A stretch of DNA of 64,000 bases. It comes from Centroscyllium fabricii (Eukaryota). Of this stretch, positions 20,901 through 37,469 are shown piece by piece. Made by a program: the position numbers and the translations under genes. The first letter of the stretch is position 1. Each line of letters opens with the position of its first letter. The notes beneath the pieces were generated by a model. The model worked only from the letters and a program-made list of their open reading frames with translations, had not been told where the DNA came from and made no database searches. The DNA is taken from positions 2,480,001 through 2,544,000 of the forward strand of contig JBNRSN020000089.1 of NCBI GenBank assembly GCA_051313645.2, given 5' to 3'.

Positions 20901-23900
20901 CCATCTGTGAACAATACATCAGACAATATCCATCTGTGTACAATACATCAGACAATGTCCATTTGTGTACAGAACATCAGACAATTTCCATCTGTTTACC
21001 GTACATCAGACAATGTCCTTCTGTGTACAATACATCAGACAATGTCCATCTGTGAACAGTACATCAGACAATAACCATCTGAGAGCAAAACATCAGACAA
21101 TATCCATCTGTGTACAATACATCAGACAATGTACATCTGTACAATACATCAGACAATGTCCATCTGTGTGCAATATATCAGACATTATCCATCTGTGTAC
21201 AATATATCAGACAATGTCCACGTGTGAACAATACATCAGACAATATCCATCTATGAACAATACATCAGACAATGTCCATCTGTGTACAATACATCAGACA
21301 ATATCCATCTGTGTACAATACATCAGACAATATCCATCTCTGTACAGTACATCAGACAATGTCCATCTGTGTACAATACATCAGACAATATCCATCTGTG
21401 TACAATACATCAGACAATGTACATCTGTGAACAATACATCAGACAATGTCCATCTGTGTAGAATACATCAGACAATGTCCACCTGTGTACAATACATCCG
21501 ACAATGTCCATCTGTGTACAATACGTCAGACAATGTCCGTCTGTGTAGAATACATGATACAATATCCATCTCTGAACAATACATCAGACAATGTCCATCT
21601 GTGTACAATACATCAGACAATATCCATCTGTGTACAATACATCAGACAATGTCCATCTGTGTACAATACGTCAGACAATGTCCATCTGTGAACAATACAT
21701 CAGAAAATATCCATCTGTGAACAATACGTCAGACAATATCCATCTGTGTACAATACATCAGACAATGGCCATCTGTACAATACATCAGACAATGTCCATC
21801 TGTGTACAATACATCATACATTATCCATCTGTTTACAATATATCAGACAATGTCCATCTGTGAACAAAACATCAGACAATATACATCTATGAACAATACA
21901 TCAGACAGCATCTATCTGTGTACAGTACTTCAGACAATGTCCATCTGGGTACAATACATCAGACAACATCCAACTGTGTACAGTACTTCAGACAATGTCC
22001 ATCTGTGTACAATACATCAGACAATATCCATCTGTGTACAATATATTAGACAATGTCCATCTGTGAACAATACATCAGACAATGTCCATCTGTGTAAAAT
22101 ACATGAGACAATGTCCATCTGTGTACAGTACATCAGATTATGTCCATCTGTGTACAATACATCAGAAAATGTCCATCTGAGAACAATACATAAGACATTA
22201 TCCATCTGTGTACAATACATCAGACATTATCCATCTGTGTACAATACATCAGAAAATGTCCATCTGTGAACAATACATAAGACATTATCGATCAGTGTAC
22301 AATACATCAGACATTATCTACCTGCGAACAATACATCAGACAATGTCCATCTGTGTACAATACATCAGACAAATGTCCATCTGTGTACAATAAATCAGAC
22401 AATATCCATCTGAGTAAAATACATCAGACAATGTCCATCTTTGTCGAAAACATCAGACAATATCCATCTGTGAACAATACATCAGAAAATGTGCAACTGT
22501 GCACAATACATAAGACATTATCAATCTGTGTACAATACATCAGATATTATCCATCAGTGTACAATACATCCGACAATATCCATCTGTGAATAATACATCA
22601 GAAAATGTCCATCTGTGTACAATACATCAGTCATTATCCATCTGTGAACAATACATCAGAAAATAACCATCTGTGTACAATACATCAGACAATATCCATC
22701 TGTGTACAATACATCAGTAAATGTCCATCTGTGTACAATACATCAGACAATATCCATCTGTGTACAATACATCAGACATTATCCATCTGTGAGCAATACA
22801 TCAGACATTATCCATTTGTGTACAATACATCAGACATGGTCCATCTGTGAACAATACATCAGTCATTATCCATCTGTGTACAATCCATCAGACAACATCC
22901 ATCTGTGTACAATACATCAGAGAATGTCCATCTGTGTACAGTACATCAGACAATATCTATCTTTGAACAATATATCAGACAATGTCCATCTGTGTACAAT
23001 ACATCAGACAATATCCATCTGTGTACATTACATCAGACAATGTCAATCTGTGAACAATACATCAGACAATGTCCATCTGTGTACAATATATCGGACAATG
23101 TCCATCTGTGTACAATACATCAGACAATATGCATCTGTGTACAATATATCGGACAATGCCCATCTGTGTAGAATACATCAGACAATTTCCATCTGTGAAC
23201 AATACATCAGACAATTTCCATCTGTGTACAATACAACCGACAATGTCCATCTGTGCACAATACATCAGACAATGTCCATCTGTGAACAATGCATCAGACA
23301 ATGTACATCTATGTACAATACCTCAGACATTGCCCCTCTGTGTACAATATATCAGACATTATCCATCTGTGTACAATACATCAGAAAATGTCCATCTGTG
23401 TACAATACAACCGACAATGTCCATCAGTGCACAATACATCAGACAATATCCATCTGTGAACAATAAATCAGACAATGTCCATCTGTGTACAATACATCAG
23501 AAAATGTCCTTCTGTGAACAATCCATTAGACAATATTCATCTTTGTACAGTACATCAGAGAAAGTCCATCTGTGTACAATACATCAGACAATGTCCATCT
23601 GTGAACAAAACATCAGACAATAACCATCTCTGAACAATACATCAGAGGATGTCCATCTGTGTACAATACACCAGACAATATCCATCTGTGTACAATATAT
23701 CAGACATTATCCATCTTTATACAATACATCAGACATTATCCATCTGTGTACAATACATCACACAATATCCATCTGTGAACAATACATCAGACAATGTCCA
23801 CCTGTGTACAATACATCAGACAATGTCCAACTGTGTACAAAACTTAAGACAATGCCCATCTAGAGTGCAATACATCAGACCATGTCCATTTGTGTACAAT

Positions 23901-25877
23901 ACTTCAGACAATGCCCATCTGTGAACAATACATCAGACAATATCCATCTGTGAACAATACATCAGACAATATCCATCTGTGTACAATACATCAGACATTG
24001 TCCATCTGTACAATACATCGAACAATGTCCATCTGTGTACAATACATCAGACATTATCCATCTGTGTACAATAGATCAGACAATGTCCATCTGTGAACAA
24101 TAAATCAGACAATATCCATCTGTAAACAATACATCAGACAATGTCCATCTGTGTACAATACATCAGGCAATATCCATCTGTGTACAATATATCAGAAAAT
24201 ATCCATCGGTGTACAGTATATCAGACAATGTCCATCTGTGTACAATACATCAGACAATATCCATCTGTGTACAATACATCAGACAATGTCCATCTGTGAA
24301 CAATAAATCAGAAAATATCCATCTGTAAACAATACATCAGACAATGTCCATCTGTGTAGAATACATCGGACAATGTCCACCTGTGTACAATACATCCGAC
24401 AATGTCCATCTGTGTACAATACGTCAGACAATGTCCATCTGTGTAGAATACATGATACAATATCCATCTCTGAACAATACATCAGACAATGTCCATCTGT
24501 GTACAATACATCAGACAATATCCATCTGTGTACAATACATCAGAAAATGTCCATCTGTGAACAATCCATTAGACAATATCCATCTTTGTACAGTACATCA
24601 GACAAAGTCCATCTGTGTACAATACCTCAGAAAATGTCCATCTGTGAACAAAACATCAGACAATATCCCTCTCTGAACAATATATCAGAGGACGTCCATC
24701 TGTGTACAATACATCAGACAATATCCATCTGTGTACAATATATCAGACATTATCCATCTGTATACAATACATCAGACATTATCCATCTGTGTACAATAAA
24801 TCAGACAATATCAATCTGTGAACAATACATCAGAAAATGTCCATCTGTGTACAATACTTCAGATAATGTCCAACTGTGTACAATACATAAGACAATGTCC
24901 ATCTAGAGTGCAATAAATCAGACAATGTCCATTTGTGTACAATACATCAGACAATGTCCATCTGTGAACAATACATCAGACAATATCCGTCTGTGAACAA
25001 TACATCAGACAATATCCATCTGTGTACAATACATCCGACATTGTCCATCTGTACAATACATCGGACAATGTCAATATGTTTACAATACATCAGACATTAT
25101 CCATCTGTGTACAATACATCAGAGAATGTCCATCTGTGAACAATAAATCAGAAAATATCCATCTGTAAACAATACATCAGACAATGTCCATCTGTGTACA
25201 ATACATCAGAAAATATCCATCTGTGTACAATATATCAGACAATATCCATCCGTGTACAGTATATCAGACAATGTCCATCTGTGTACAATATATCAGACAA
25301 TATCCATCTGTGTACAATACATCAGACAATGTCCATCTGTGAACAATACATCAGACAATATCCATCTCTGTACAATACATCAGACAATGTCCATTTGTGT
25401 ACAGAACATCAGACAATTTCCAACTGTTTACCGTACATCAGACAATGTCCTTCTGTGTACAATACATCAGACAATGTCCATCTGTGAACAGTACATCAGA
25501 CAATAACCATCTGAGAGCAAAACATCAGACAATATCCATCTGTGTACAATACATCAGACAATGTACATCTGTACAATACATCAGACAATGTCCATCTGTG
25601 TGCAATATATCAGACATTATCCATCTGTGTACAATATATCAGACAATGTCCACGTGTGAACAATACATCAGACAATATCCATCTATGAACAATACATCAG
25701 ACAATGTCAATCTGTGTACAATACATCAGACAATATCCATCTGTGTACAATACATCAGACAATATCCATCTCTGTACAGTACATCAGACAATGTCCATCT
25801 GTGTACAATACATCAGACAATATCCATCTGTGTACAATACATCAGACAATGTCCATCTGTGAACAATACATCAGACA
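11910..25877. repeat. 4,432-bp and 8,314-bp higher-order repeat zone
   Basis: Identical variant strings recur at +4432 (12187/16619, 20501/24933, 20762/25194) and at +8314 (12448/20762, 13132/21446, 14388/22702). Boundaries are approximate. Confidence 0.85.
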
Positions 25878-28800
25878 ATGTCCATCTGTGTAGAATACAT
25901 CAGACAATGTCCACCTGTGTACAATACATCCGACAATGTCCATCTGTGTACAATACGTCAGACAATGTCCGTCTGTGTAGAATACATGATACAATATCCA
26001 TCTCTGAACAATACATCAGACAATGTCCATCTGTGTACAATACATCAGACAATATCCATCTGTGTACAATACATCAGACAATGTCCATCTGTGTACAATA
26101 CGTCAGACAATGTCCATCTGTGAACAATACATCAGAAAATATCCATCTGTGAACAATACGTCAGACAATATCCATCTGTGTACAATACATCAGACAATGG
26201 CCATCTGTACAATACATCAGACAATGTCCATCTGTGTACAATACATCATACATTATCCATCTGTTTACAATATATCAGACAATGTCCATCTGTGAACAAA
26301 ACATCAGACAATATACATCTATGAACAATACATCAGACAGCATCTATCTGTGTACAGTACTTCAGACAATGTCCATCTGGGTACAATACATCAGACAACA
26401 TCCAACTGTGTACAGTACTTCAGACAATGTCCATCTGTGTACAATACATCAGACAATATCCATCTGTGTACAATATATTAGACAATGTCCATCTGTGAAC
26501 AATACATCAGACAATGTCCATCTGTGTAAAATACATGAGACAATGTCCATCTGTGTACAGTACATCAGATTATGTCCATCTGTGTACAATACATCAGAAA
26601 ATGTCCATCTGAGAACAATACATAAGACATTATCCATCTGTGTACAATACATCAGACATTATCCATCTGTGTACAATACATCAGAAAATGTCCATCTGTG
26701 AACAATACATAAGACATTATCGATCAGTGTACAATACATCAGACATTATCTACCTGCGAACAATACATCAGACAATGTCCATCTGTGTACAATACATCAG
26801 ACAAATGTCCATCTGTGTACAATAAATCAGACAATATCCATCTGAGTAAAATACATCAGACAATGTCCATCTTTGTCGAAAACATCAGACAATATCCATC
26901 TGTGAACAATACATCAGAAAATGTGCAACTGTGCACAATACATAAGACATTATCAATCTGTGTACAATATATCAGATATTATCCATCAGTGTACAATACA
27001 TCCGACAATATCCATCTGTGAATAATACATCAGAAAATGTCCATCTGTGTACAATACATCAGTCATTATCCATCTGTGAACAATACATCAGAAAATAACC
27101 ATCTGTGTACAATACATCAGACAATATCCATCTGTGTACAATACATCAGTAAATGTCCATCTGTGTACAATACATCAGACAATATCCATCTGTGTACAAT
27201 ACATCAGACATTATCCATCTGTGAGCAATACATCAGACATTATCCATTTGTGTACAATACATCAGACATGGTCCATCTGTGAACAATACATCAGTCATTA
27301 TCCATCTGTGTACAATCCATCAGACAACATCCATCTGTGTACAATACATCAGAGAATGTCCATCTGTGTACAGTACATCAGACAATATCTATCTTTGAAC
27401 AATATATCAGACAATGTCCATCTGTGTACAATACATCAGACAATATCCATCTGTGTACATTACATCAGACAATGTCAATCTGTGAACAATACATCAGACA
27501 ATGTCCATCTGTGTACAATATATCGGACAATGTCCATCTGTGTACAATACATCAGACAATATGCATCTGTGTACAATATATCGGACAATGCCCATCTGTG
27601 TAGAATACATCAGACAATTTCCATCTGTGAACAATACATCAGACAATTTCCATCTGTGTACAATACAACCGACAATGTCCATCTGTGCACAATACATCAG
27701 ACAATGTCCATCTGTGAACAATGCATCAGACAATGTACATCTATGTACAATACCTCAGACATTGCCCCTCTGTGTACAATATATCAGACATTATCCATCT
27801 GTGTACAATACATCAGAAAATGTCCATCTGTGTACAATACAACCGACAATGTCCATCAGTGCACAATACATCAGACAATATCCATCTGTGAACAATAAAT
27901 CAGACAATGTCCATCTGTGTACAATACATCAGAAAATGTCCTTCTGTGAACAATCCATTAGACAATATCCATCTTTGTACAGTACATCAGAGAAAGTCCA
28001 TCTGTGTACAATACATCAGACAATGTCCATCTGTGAACAAAACATCAGACAATAACCATCTCTGAACAATACATCAGAGGATGTCCATCTGTGTACAATA
28101 CACCAGACAATATCCATCTGTGTACAATATATCAGACATTATCCATCTTTATACAATACATCAGACATTATCCATCTGTGTACAATACATCACACAATAT
28201 CCATCTGTTAACAATACATCAGACAATGTCCACCTGTGTACAATACATCAGACAATGTCCAACTGTGTACAAAACTTAAGACAATGCCCATCTAGAGTGC
28301 AATACATCAGACCATGTCCATTTGTGTACAATACTTCAGACAATGCCCATCTGTGAACAATACATCAGACAATATCCATCTGTGAACAATACATCAGACA
28401 ATATCCATCTGTGTACAATACATCAGACATTGTCCATCTGTACAATACATCGAACAATGTCCATCTGTGTACAATACATCAGACATTATCCATCTGTGTA
28501 CAATAGATCAGACAATGTCCATCTGTGAACAATAAATCAGACAATATCCATCTGTAAACAATACATCAGACAATGTCCATCTGTGTACAATACATCAGGC
28601 AATATCCATCTGTGTACAATATATCAGAAAATATCCATCGGTGTACAGTATATCAGACAATGTCCATCTGTGTACAATACATCAGACAATATCCATCTGT
28701 GTACAATACATCAGACAATGTCCATCTGTGAACAATAAATCAGAAAATATCCATCTGTAAACAATACATCAGACAATGTCCATCTGTGTAGAATACATCA

Positions 28801-31800
28801 GACAATGTCCACCTGTGTACAATACATCCGACAATGTCCATCTGTGTACAATACGTCAGACAATGTCCGTCTGTGTAGAATACATGATACAATATCCATC
28901 TCTGAACAATACATCAGACAATGTCCATCTGTGTACAATACATCAGACAATATCCATCTGTGTACAATACATCAGACAATGTCCATCTGTGTACAATACG
29001 TCAGACAATGTCCATCTGTGAACAATACATCAGACAATATCCATCTGTGAACAATACGTCAGACAATATCCATCTGTGTACAATACATCAGACAATGGCC
29101 ATCTGTACAATACATCAGACAATGTCCATCTGTGTACAATACATCATACATTATCCATCTGTTTACAATATATCAGACAATGTCCATCTGTGAACAAAAC
29201 ATCAGACAATATACATCTATGAACAATACATCAGACAGCATCTATCTGTGTACAGTACTTCAGACAATGTCCATCTGGGTACAATACATCAGACAACATC
29301 CAACTGTGTACAGTACTTCAGACAATGTCCATCTGTGTACAATACATCAGACAATATCCATCTGTGTACAATATATTAGACAATGTCCATCTGTGAACAA
29401 TACATCAGACAATGTCCATCTGTGTAAAATACATGAGACAATGTCCATCTGTGTACAGTACATCAGATTATGTCCATCTGTGTACAATACATCAGAAAAT
29501 GTCCATCTGAGAACAATACATAAGACATTATCCATCTGTGTACAATACATCAGACATTATCCATCTGTGTACAATACATCAGAAAATGTCCATCTGTGAA
29601 CAATACATAAGACATTATCGATCAGTGTATAAAACATCAGACATTATCTACCTGCGAACAATACATCAGACAATGTCCATCTGTGTACAATACATCAGAC
29701 AAATGTCCATCTGTGTACAATAAATCAGACAATATCCATCTGAGTAAAATACATCAGACAATGTCCATCTTTGTCGAAAACATCAGACAATATCCATCTG
29801 TGAACAATACATCAGAAAATGTGCAACTGTGCACAATACATAAGACATTATCAATCTGTGTACAATACATCAGATATTATCCATCAGTGTACAATACATC
29901 CGACAATATCCATCTGTGAATAATACATCAGAAAATGTCCATCTGTGTACAATACATCAGTCATTATCCATCTGTGAACAATACATCAGAAAATAACCAT
30001 CTGTGTACAATACATCAGACAATATCCATCTGTGTACAATACATCAGTAAATGTCCATCTGTGTACAATACATCAGACAATATCCATCTGTGTACAATAC
30101 ATCAGACATTATCCATCTGTGAGCAATACATCAGACATTATCCATTTGTGTACAATACATCAGACATGGTCCATCTGTGAACAATACATCAGTCATTATC
30201 CATCTGTGTACAATCCATCAGACAACATCCATCTGTGTACAATACATCAGAGAATGTCCATCTGTGTACAGTACATCAGACAATATCTATCTTTGAACAA
30301 TATATCAGACAATGTCCATCTGTGTACAATACATCAGACAATATCCATCTGTGTACATTACATCAGACAATGTCAATCTGTGAACAATACATCAGACAAT
30401 GTCCATCTGTGTACAATATATCGGACAATGTCCATCTGTGTACAATACATCAGACAATATGCATCTGTGTACAATATATCGGACAATGCCCATCTGTGTA
30501 GAATACATCAGACAATTTCCATCTGTGAACAATACATCAGACAATTTCCATCTGTGTACAATACAACCGACAATGTCCATCTGTGCACAATACATCAGAC
30601 AATGTCCATCTGTGAACAATGCATCAGACAATGTACATCTATGTACAATACCTCAGACATTGCCCATCTGTGTACAATATATCAGACATTATCCATCTGT
30701 GTACAATACATCAGAAAATGTCCATCTGTGTACAATACAACCGACAATGTCCATCAGTGCACAATACATCAGACAATATCCATCTGTGAACAATAAATCA
30801 GACAATGTCCATCTGTGTACAATACATCAGAAAATGTCCTTCTGTGAACAATCCATTAGACAATATCCATCTTTGTACAGTACATCAGAGAAAGTCCATC
30901 TGTGTACAATACATCAGACAATGTCCATCTGTGAACAAAACATCAGACAATAACCATCTCTGAACAATACATCAGAGGATGTCCATCTGTGTACAATACA
31001 CCAGACAATATCCATCTGTGTACAATATATCAGACATTATCCATCTTTATACAATACATCAGACATTATCCATCTGTGTACAATACATCACACAATATCC
31101 ATCTGTGAACAATACATCAGACAATGTCCACCTGTGTACAATACATCAGACAATGTCCAACTGTGTACAAAACTTAAGACAATGCCCATCTAGAGTGCAA
31201 TACATCAGACCATGTCCATTTGTGTACAATACTTCAGACAATGCCCATCTGTGAACAATACATCAGACAATATCCATCTGTGAACAATACATCAGACAAT
31301 ATCCATCTGTGTACAATACATCAGACATTGTCCATCTGTACAATACATCGAACAATGTCCATCTGTGTACAATACATCAGCCATTATCCATCTGTGTACA
31401 ATAGATCAGACAATGTCCATCTGTGAACAATAAATCAGACAATATCCATCTGTAAACAATACATCAGACAATGTCCATCTGTGTACAATACATCAGGCAA
31501 TATCCATCTGTGTACAATATATCAGAAAATATCCATCGGTGTACAGTATATCAGACAATGTCCATCTGTGTACAGTACATCAGACAATATCCATCTGTGT
31601 ACAATACATCAGACAATGTCCATCTGTGAACAATAAATCAGAAAATATCCATCTGTAAACAATACATCAGACAATGTCCATCTGTGTAGAATACATCAGA
31701 CAATGTCCACCTGTGTACAATACATCCGACAATGTCCATCTGTGTACAATACGTCAGACAATGTCCGTCTGTGTAGAATACATGATACAATATCCATCTC

Positions 31801-34800
31801 TGAACAATACATCAGACAATGTCCATCTGTGTACAATACATCAGACAATATCCATCTGTGTACAATACATCAGACAATGTCCATCTGTGTACAATACGTC
31901 AGACAATGTCCATCTGTGAACAATACATCAGACAATATCCATCTGTGAACAATACGTCAGACAATATCCATCTGTGTACAATACATCAGACAATGGCCAT
32001 CTGTACAATACATCAGACAATGTCCATCTGTGTACAATACATCATACATTATCCATCTGTTTACAATATATCAGACAATGTCCATCTGTGAACAAAACAT
32101 CAGACAATATACATCTATGAACAATACATCAGACAGCATCTATCTGTGTACAGTACTTCAGACAATGTCCATCTGGGTACAATACATCAGACGACATCCA
32201 ACTGTGTACAGTACTTCAGACAATGTCCATCTGTGTACAATACATCAGACAATATCCATCTGTGTACAATATATTAGACAATGTCCATCTGTGAACAATA
32301 CATCAGACAATGTCCATCTGTGTAAAATACATGAGACAATGTCCATCTGTGTACAGTACATCAGATTATGTCCATCTGTGTACAATACATCAGAAAATGT
32401 CCATCTGAGAACAATACATAAGACATTATCCATCTGTGTACAATACATCAGACATTATCCATCTGTGTACAATACATCAGAAAATGTCCATCTGTGAACA
32501 ATACATAAGACATTATCGATCAGTGTACAATACATCAGACATTATCTACCTGCGAACAATACATCAGACAATGTCCATCTGTGTACAATACATCAGACAA
32601 ATGTCCATCTGTGTACAATAAATCAGACAATATCCATCTGAGTAAAATACATCAGACAATGTCCATCTTTGTCGAAAACATCAGACAATATCCATCTGTG
32701 AACAATACATCAGAAAATGTGCAACTGTGCACAATACATAAGACATTATCAATCTGTGTACAATACATCAGATATTATCCATCAGTGTACAATACATCCG
32801 ACAATATCCATCTGTGAATAATACATCAGAAAATGTCCATCTGTGTACAATACATCAGTCATTATCCATCTGTGAACAATACATCAGAAAATAACCATCT
32901 GTGTACAATACATCAGACAATATCCATCTGTGTACAATACATCAGTAAATGTCCATCTGTGTACAATACATCAGACAATATCCATCTGTGTACAATACAT
33001 CAGACATTATCCATCTGTGAGCAATACATCAGACATTATCCATTTGTGTACAATACATCAGACATGGTCCATCTGTGAACAATACATCAGTCATTATCCA
33101 TCTGTGTACAATCCATCAGACAACATCCATCTGTGTACAATACATCAGAGAATGTCCATCTGTGTACAGTACATCAGACAATATCTATCTTTGAACAATA
33201 TATCAGACAATGTCCATCTGTGTACAATACATCAGACAATATCCATCTGTGTACATTACATCAGGCAATGTCAATCTGTGAACAATACATCAGACAATGT
33301 CCATCTGTGTACAATATATCGGACAATGTCCATCTGTGTACAATACATCAGACAATATGCATCTGTGTACAATATATCGGACAATGCCCATCTGTGTAGA
33401 ATACATCAGACAATTTCCATCTGTGAACAATACATCAGACAATTTCCATCTGTGTACAATACAACCGACAATGTCCATCTGTGCACAATACATCAGACAA
33501 TGTCCATCTGTGAACAATGCATCAGACAATGTACATCTATGTACAATACCTCAGACATTGCCCATCTGTGTACAATATATCAGACATTATCCATCTGTGT
33601 ACAATACATCAGAAAATGTCCATCTGTGTACAATACAACCGACAATGTCCATCAGGGCACAATACATCAGACAATATCCATCTGTGAACAATAAATCAGA
33701 CAATGTCCATCTGTGTACAATACATCAGAAAATGTCCTTCTGTGAACAATCCATTAGACAATATCCATCTTTGTACAGTACATCAGAGAAAGTCCATCTG
33801 TGTACAATACATCAGACAATGTCCATCTGTGAACAAAACATCAGACAATAACCATCTCTGAACAATACATCAGAGGATGTCCATCTGTGTACAATACACC
33901 AGACAATATCCATCTGTGTACAATATATCAGACATTATCCATCTTTATACAATACATCAGACATTATCCATCTGTGTACAATACATCACACAATATCCAT
34001 CTGTGAACAATACATCAGACAATGTCCACCTGTGTACAATACATCAGACAATGTCCAACTGTGTACAAAACTTAAGACAATGCCCATCTAGAGTGCAATA
34101 CATCAGACCATGTCCATTTGTGTACAATACTTCAGACAATGCCCATCTGTGAACAATACATCAGACAATATCCATCTGTGAACAATACATCAGACAATAT
34201 CCATCTGTGTACAATACATCAGACATTGTCCATCTGTACAATACATCGAACAATGTCCATCTGTGTACAATACATCAGCCATTATCCATCTGTGTACAAT
34301 AGATCAGACAATGTCCATCTGTGAACAATAAATCAGACAATATCCATCTGTAAACAATACATCAGACAATGTCCATCTGTGTACAATACATCAGGCAATA
34401 TCCATCTGTGTACAATATATCAGAAAATATCCATCGGTGTACAGTATATCAGACAATGTCCATCTGTGTACAATACATCAGACAATATCCATCTGTGTAC
34501 AATACATCAGACAATGTCCATCTGTGAACAATAAATCAGAAAATATCCATCTGTAAACAATACATCAGACAATGTCCATCTGTGTAGAATACATCAGACA
34601 ATGTCCACCTGTGTACAATACATCCGACAATGTCCATCTGTGTACAATACGTCAGACAATGTCCGTCTGTGTAGAATACATGATACAATATCCATCTCTG
34701 AACAATACATCAGACAATGTCCATCTGTGTACAATACATCAGACAATATCCATCTGTGTACAATACATCAGACAATGTCCATCTGTGTACAATACGTCAG

Positions 34801-37469
34801 ACAATGTCCATCTGTGAACAATACATCAGACAATATCCATCTGTGAACAATACGTCAGACAATATCCATCTGTGTACAATACATCAGACAATGGCCATCT
34901 GTACAATACATCAGACAATGTCCATCTGTGTACAATACATCATACATTATCCATCTGTTTACAATATATCAGACAATGTCCATCTGTGAACAAAACATCA
35001 GACAATATACATCTATGAACAATACATCAGACAGCATCTATCTGTGTACAGTACTTCAGACAATGTCCATCTGGGTACAATACATCAGACGACATCCAAC
35101 TGTGTACAGTACTTCAGACAATGTCCATCTGTGTACAATACATCAGACAATATCCATCTGTGTACAATATATTAGACAATGTCCATCTGTGAACAATACA
35201 TCAGACAATGTCCATCTGTGTAAAATACATGAGACAATGTCCATCTGTGTACAGTACATCAGATTATGTCCATCTGTGTACAATACATCAGAAAATGTCC
35301 ATCTGAGAACAATACATAAGACATTATCCATCTGTGTACAATACATCAGACATTATCCATCTGTGTACAATACATCAGAAAATGTCCATCTGTGAACAAT
35401 ACATAAGACATTATCGATCAGTGTACAATACATCAGACATTATCTACCTGCGAACAATACATCAGACAATGTCCATCTGTGTACAATACATCAGACAAAT
35501 GTCCATCTGTGTACAATAAATCAGACAATATCCATCTGAGTAAAATACATCAGACAATGTCCATCTTTGTCGAAAACATCAGACAATATCCATCTGTGAA
35601 CAATACATCAGAAAATGTGCAACTGTGCACAATACATAAGACATTATCAATCTGTGTACAATACATCAGATATTATCCATCAGTGTACAATACATCCGAC
35701 AATATCCATCTGTGAATAATACATCAGAAAATGTCCATCTGTGTACAATACATCAGTCATTATCCATCTGTGAACAATACATCAGAAAATAACCATCTGT
35801 GTACAATACATCAGACAATATCCATCTGTGTACAATACATCAGTAAATGTCCATCTGTGTACAATACATCAGACAATATCCATCTGTGTACAATACATCA
35901 GACATTATCCATCTGTGAGCAATACATCAGACATTATCCATTTGTGTACAATACATCAGACATGGTCCATCTGTGAACAATACATCAGTCATTATCCATC
36001 TGTGTACAATCCATCAGACAACATCCATCTGTGTACAATACATCAGAGAATGTCCATCTGTGTACAGTACATCAGACAATATCTATCTTTGAACAATATA
36101 TCAGACAATGTCCATCTGTGTACAATACATCAGACAATATCCATCTGTGTACATTACATCAGGCAATGTCAATCTGTGAACAATACATCAGACAATGTCC
36201 ATCTGTGTACAATATATCGGACAATGTCCATCTGTGTACAATACATCAGACAATATGCATCTGTGTACAATATATCGGACAATGCCCATCTGTGTAGAAT
36301 ACATCAGACAATTTCCATCTGTGAACAATACATCAGACAATTTCCATCTGTGTACAATACAACCGACAATGTCCATCTGTGCACAATACATCAGACAATG
36401 TCCATCTGTGAACAATGCATCAGACAATGTACATCTATGTACAATACCTCAGACATTGCCCATCTGTGTACAATATATCAGACATTATCCATCTGTGTAC
36501 AATACATCAGAAAATGTCCATCTGTGTACAATACAACCGACAATGTCCATCAGGGCACAATACATCAGACAATATCCATCTGTGAACAATAAATCAGACA
36601 ATGTCCATCTGTGTACAATACATCAGAAAATGTCCTTCTGTGAACAATCCATTAGACAATATCCATCTTTGTACAGTACATCAGAGAAAGTCCATCTGTG
36701 TACAATACATCAGACAATGTCCATCTGTGAACAAAACATCAGACAATAACCATCTCTGAACAATACATCAGAGGATGTCCATCTGTGTACAATACACCAG
36801 ACAATATCCATCTGTGTACAATATATCAGACATTATCCATCTTTATACAATACATCAGACATTATCCATCTGTGTACAATACATCACACAATATCCATCT
36901 GTGAACAATACATCAGACAATGTCCACCTGTGTACAATACATCAGACAATGTCCAACTGTGTACAAAACTTAAGACAATGCCCATCTAGAGTGCAATACA
37001 TCAGACCATGTCCATTTGTGTACAATACTTCAGACAATGCCCATCTGTGAACAATACATCAGACAATATCCATCTGTGAACAATACATCAGACAATATCC
37101 ATCTGTGTACAATACATCAGACATTGTCCATCTGTACAATACATCGAACAATGTCCATCTGTGTACAATACATCAGACATTATCCATCTGTGTACAATAG
37201 ATCAGACAATGTCCATCTGTGAACAATAAATCAGTCAATATCCATCTGTAAACAATACATCAGACAATGTCCATCTGTGTACAATACATCAGGCAATATC
37301 CATCTGTGTACAATATATCAGAAAATATCCATCGGTGTACAGTATATCAGACAATGTCCATCTGTGTACAATACATCAGACAATATCCATCTGTGTACAA
37401 TACATCAGACAATGTCCATCTGTGAACAATAAATCAGAAAATATCCATCTGTAAACAATACATCAGACA
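25878..37469. repeat. Four tandem copies of a 2,898-bp (100-monomer) higher-order repeat
   Basis: Marker positions 25878/28776/31674/34572 and 27134/30032/32930/35828 differ by exactly 2898 = 96x29 + 2x27 + 2x30. Confidence 0.93.
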
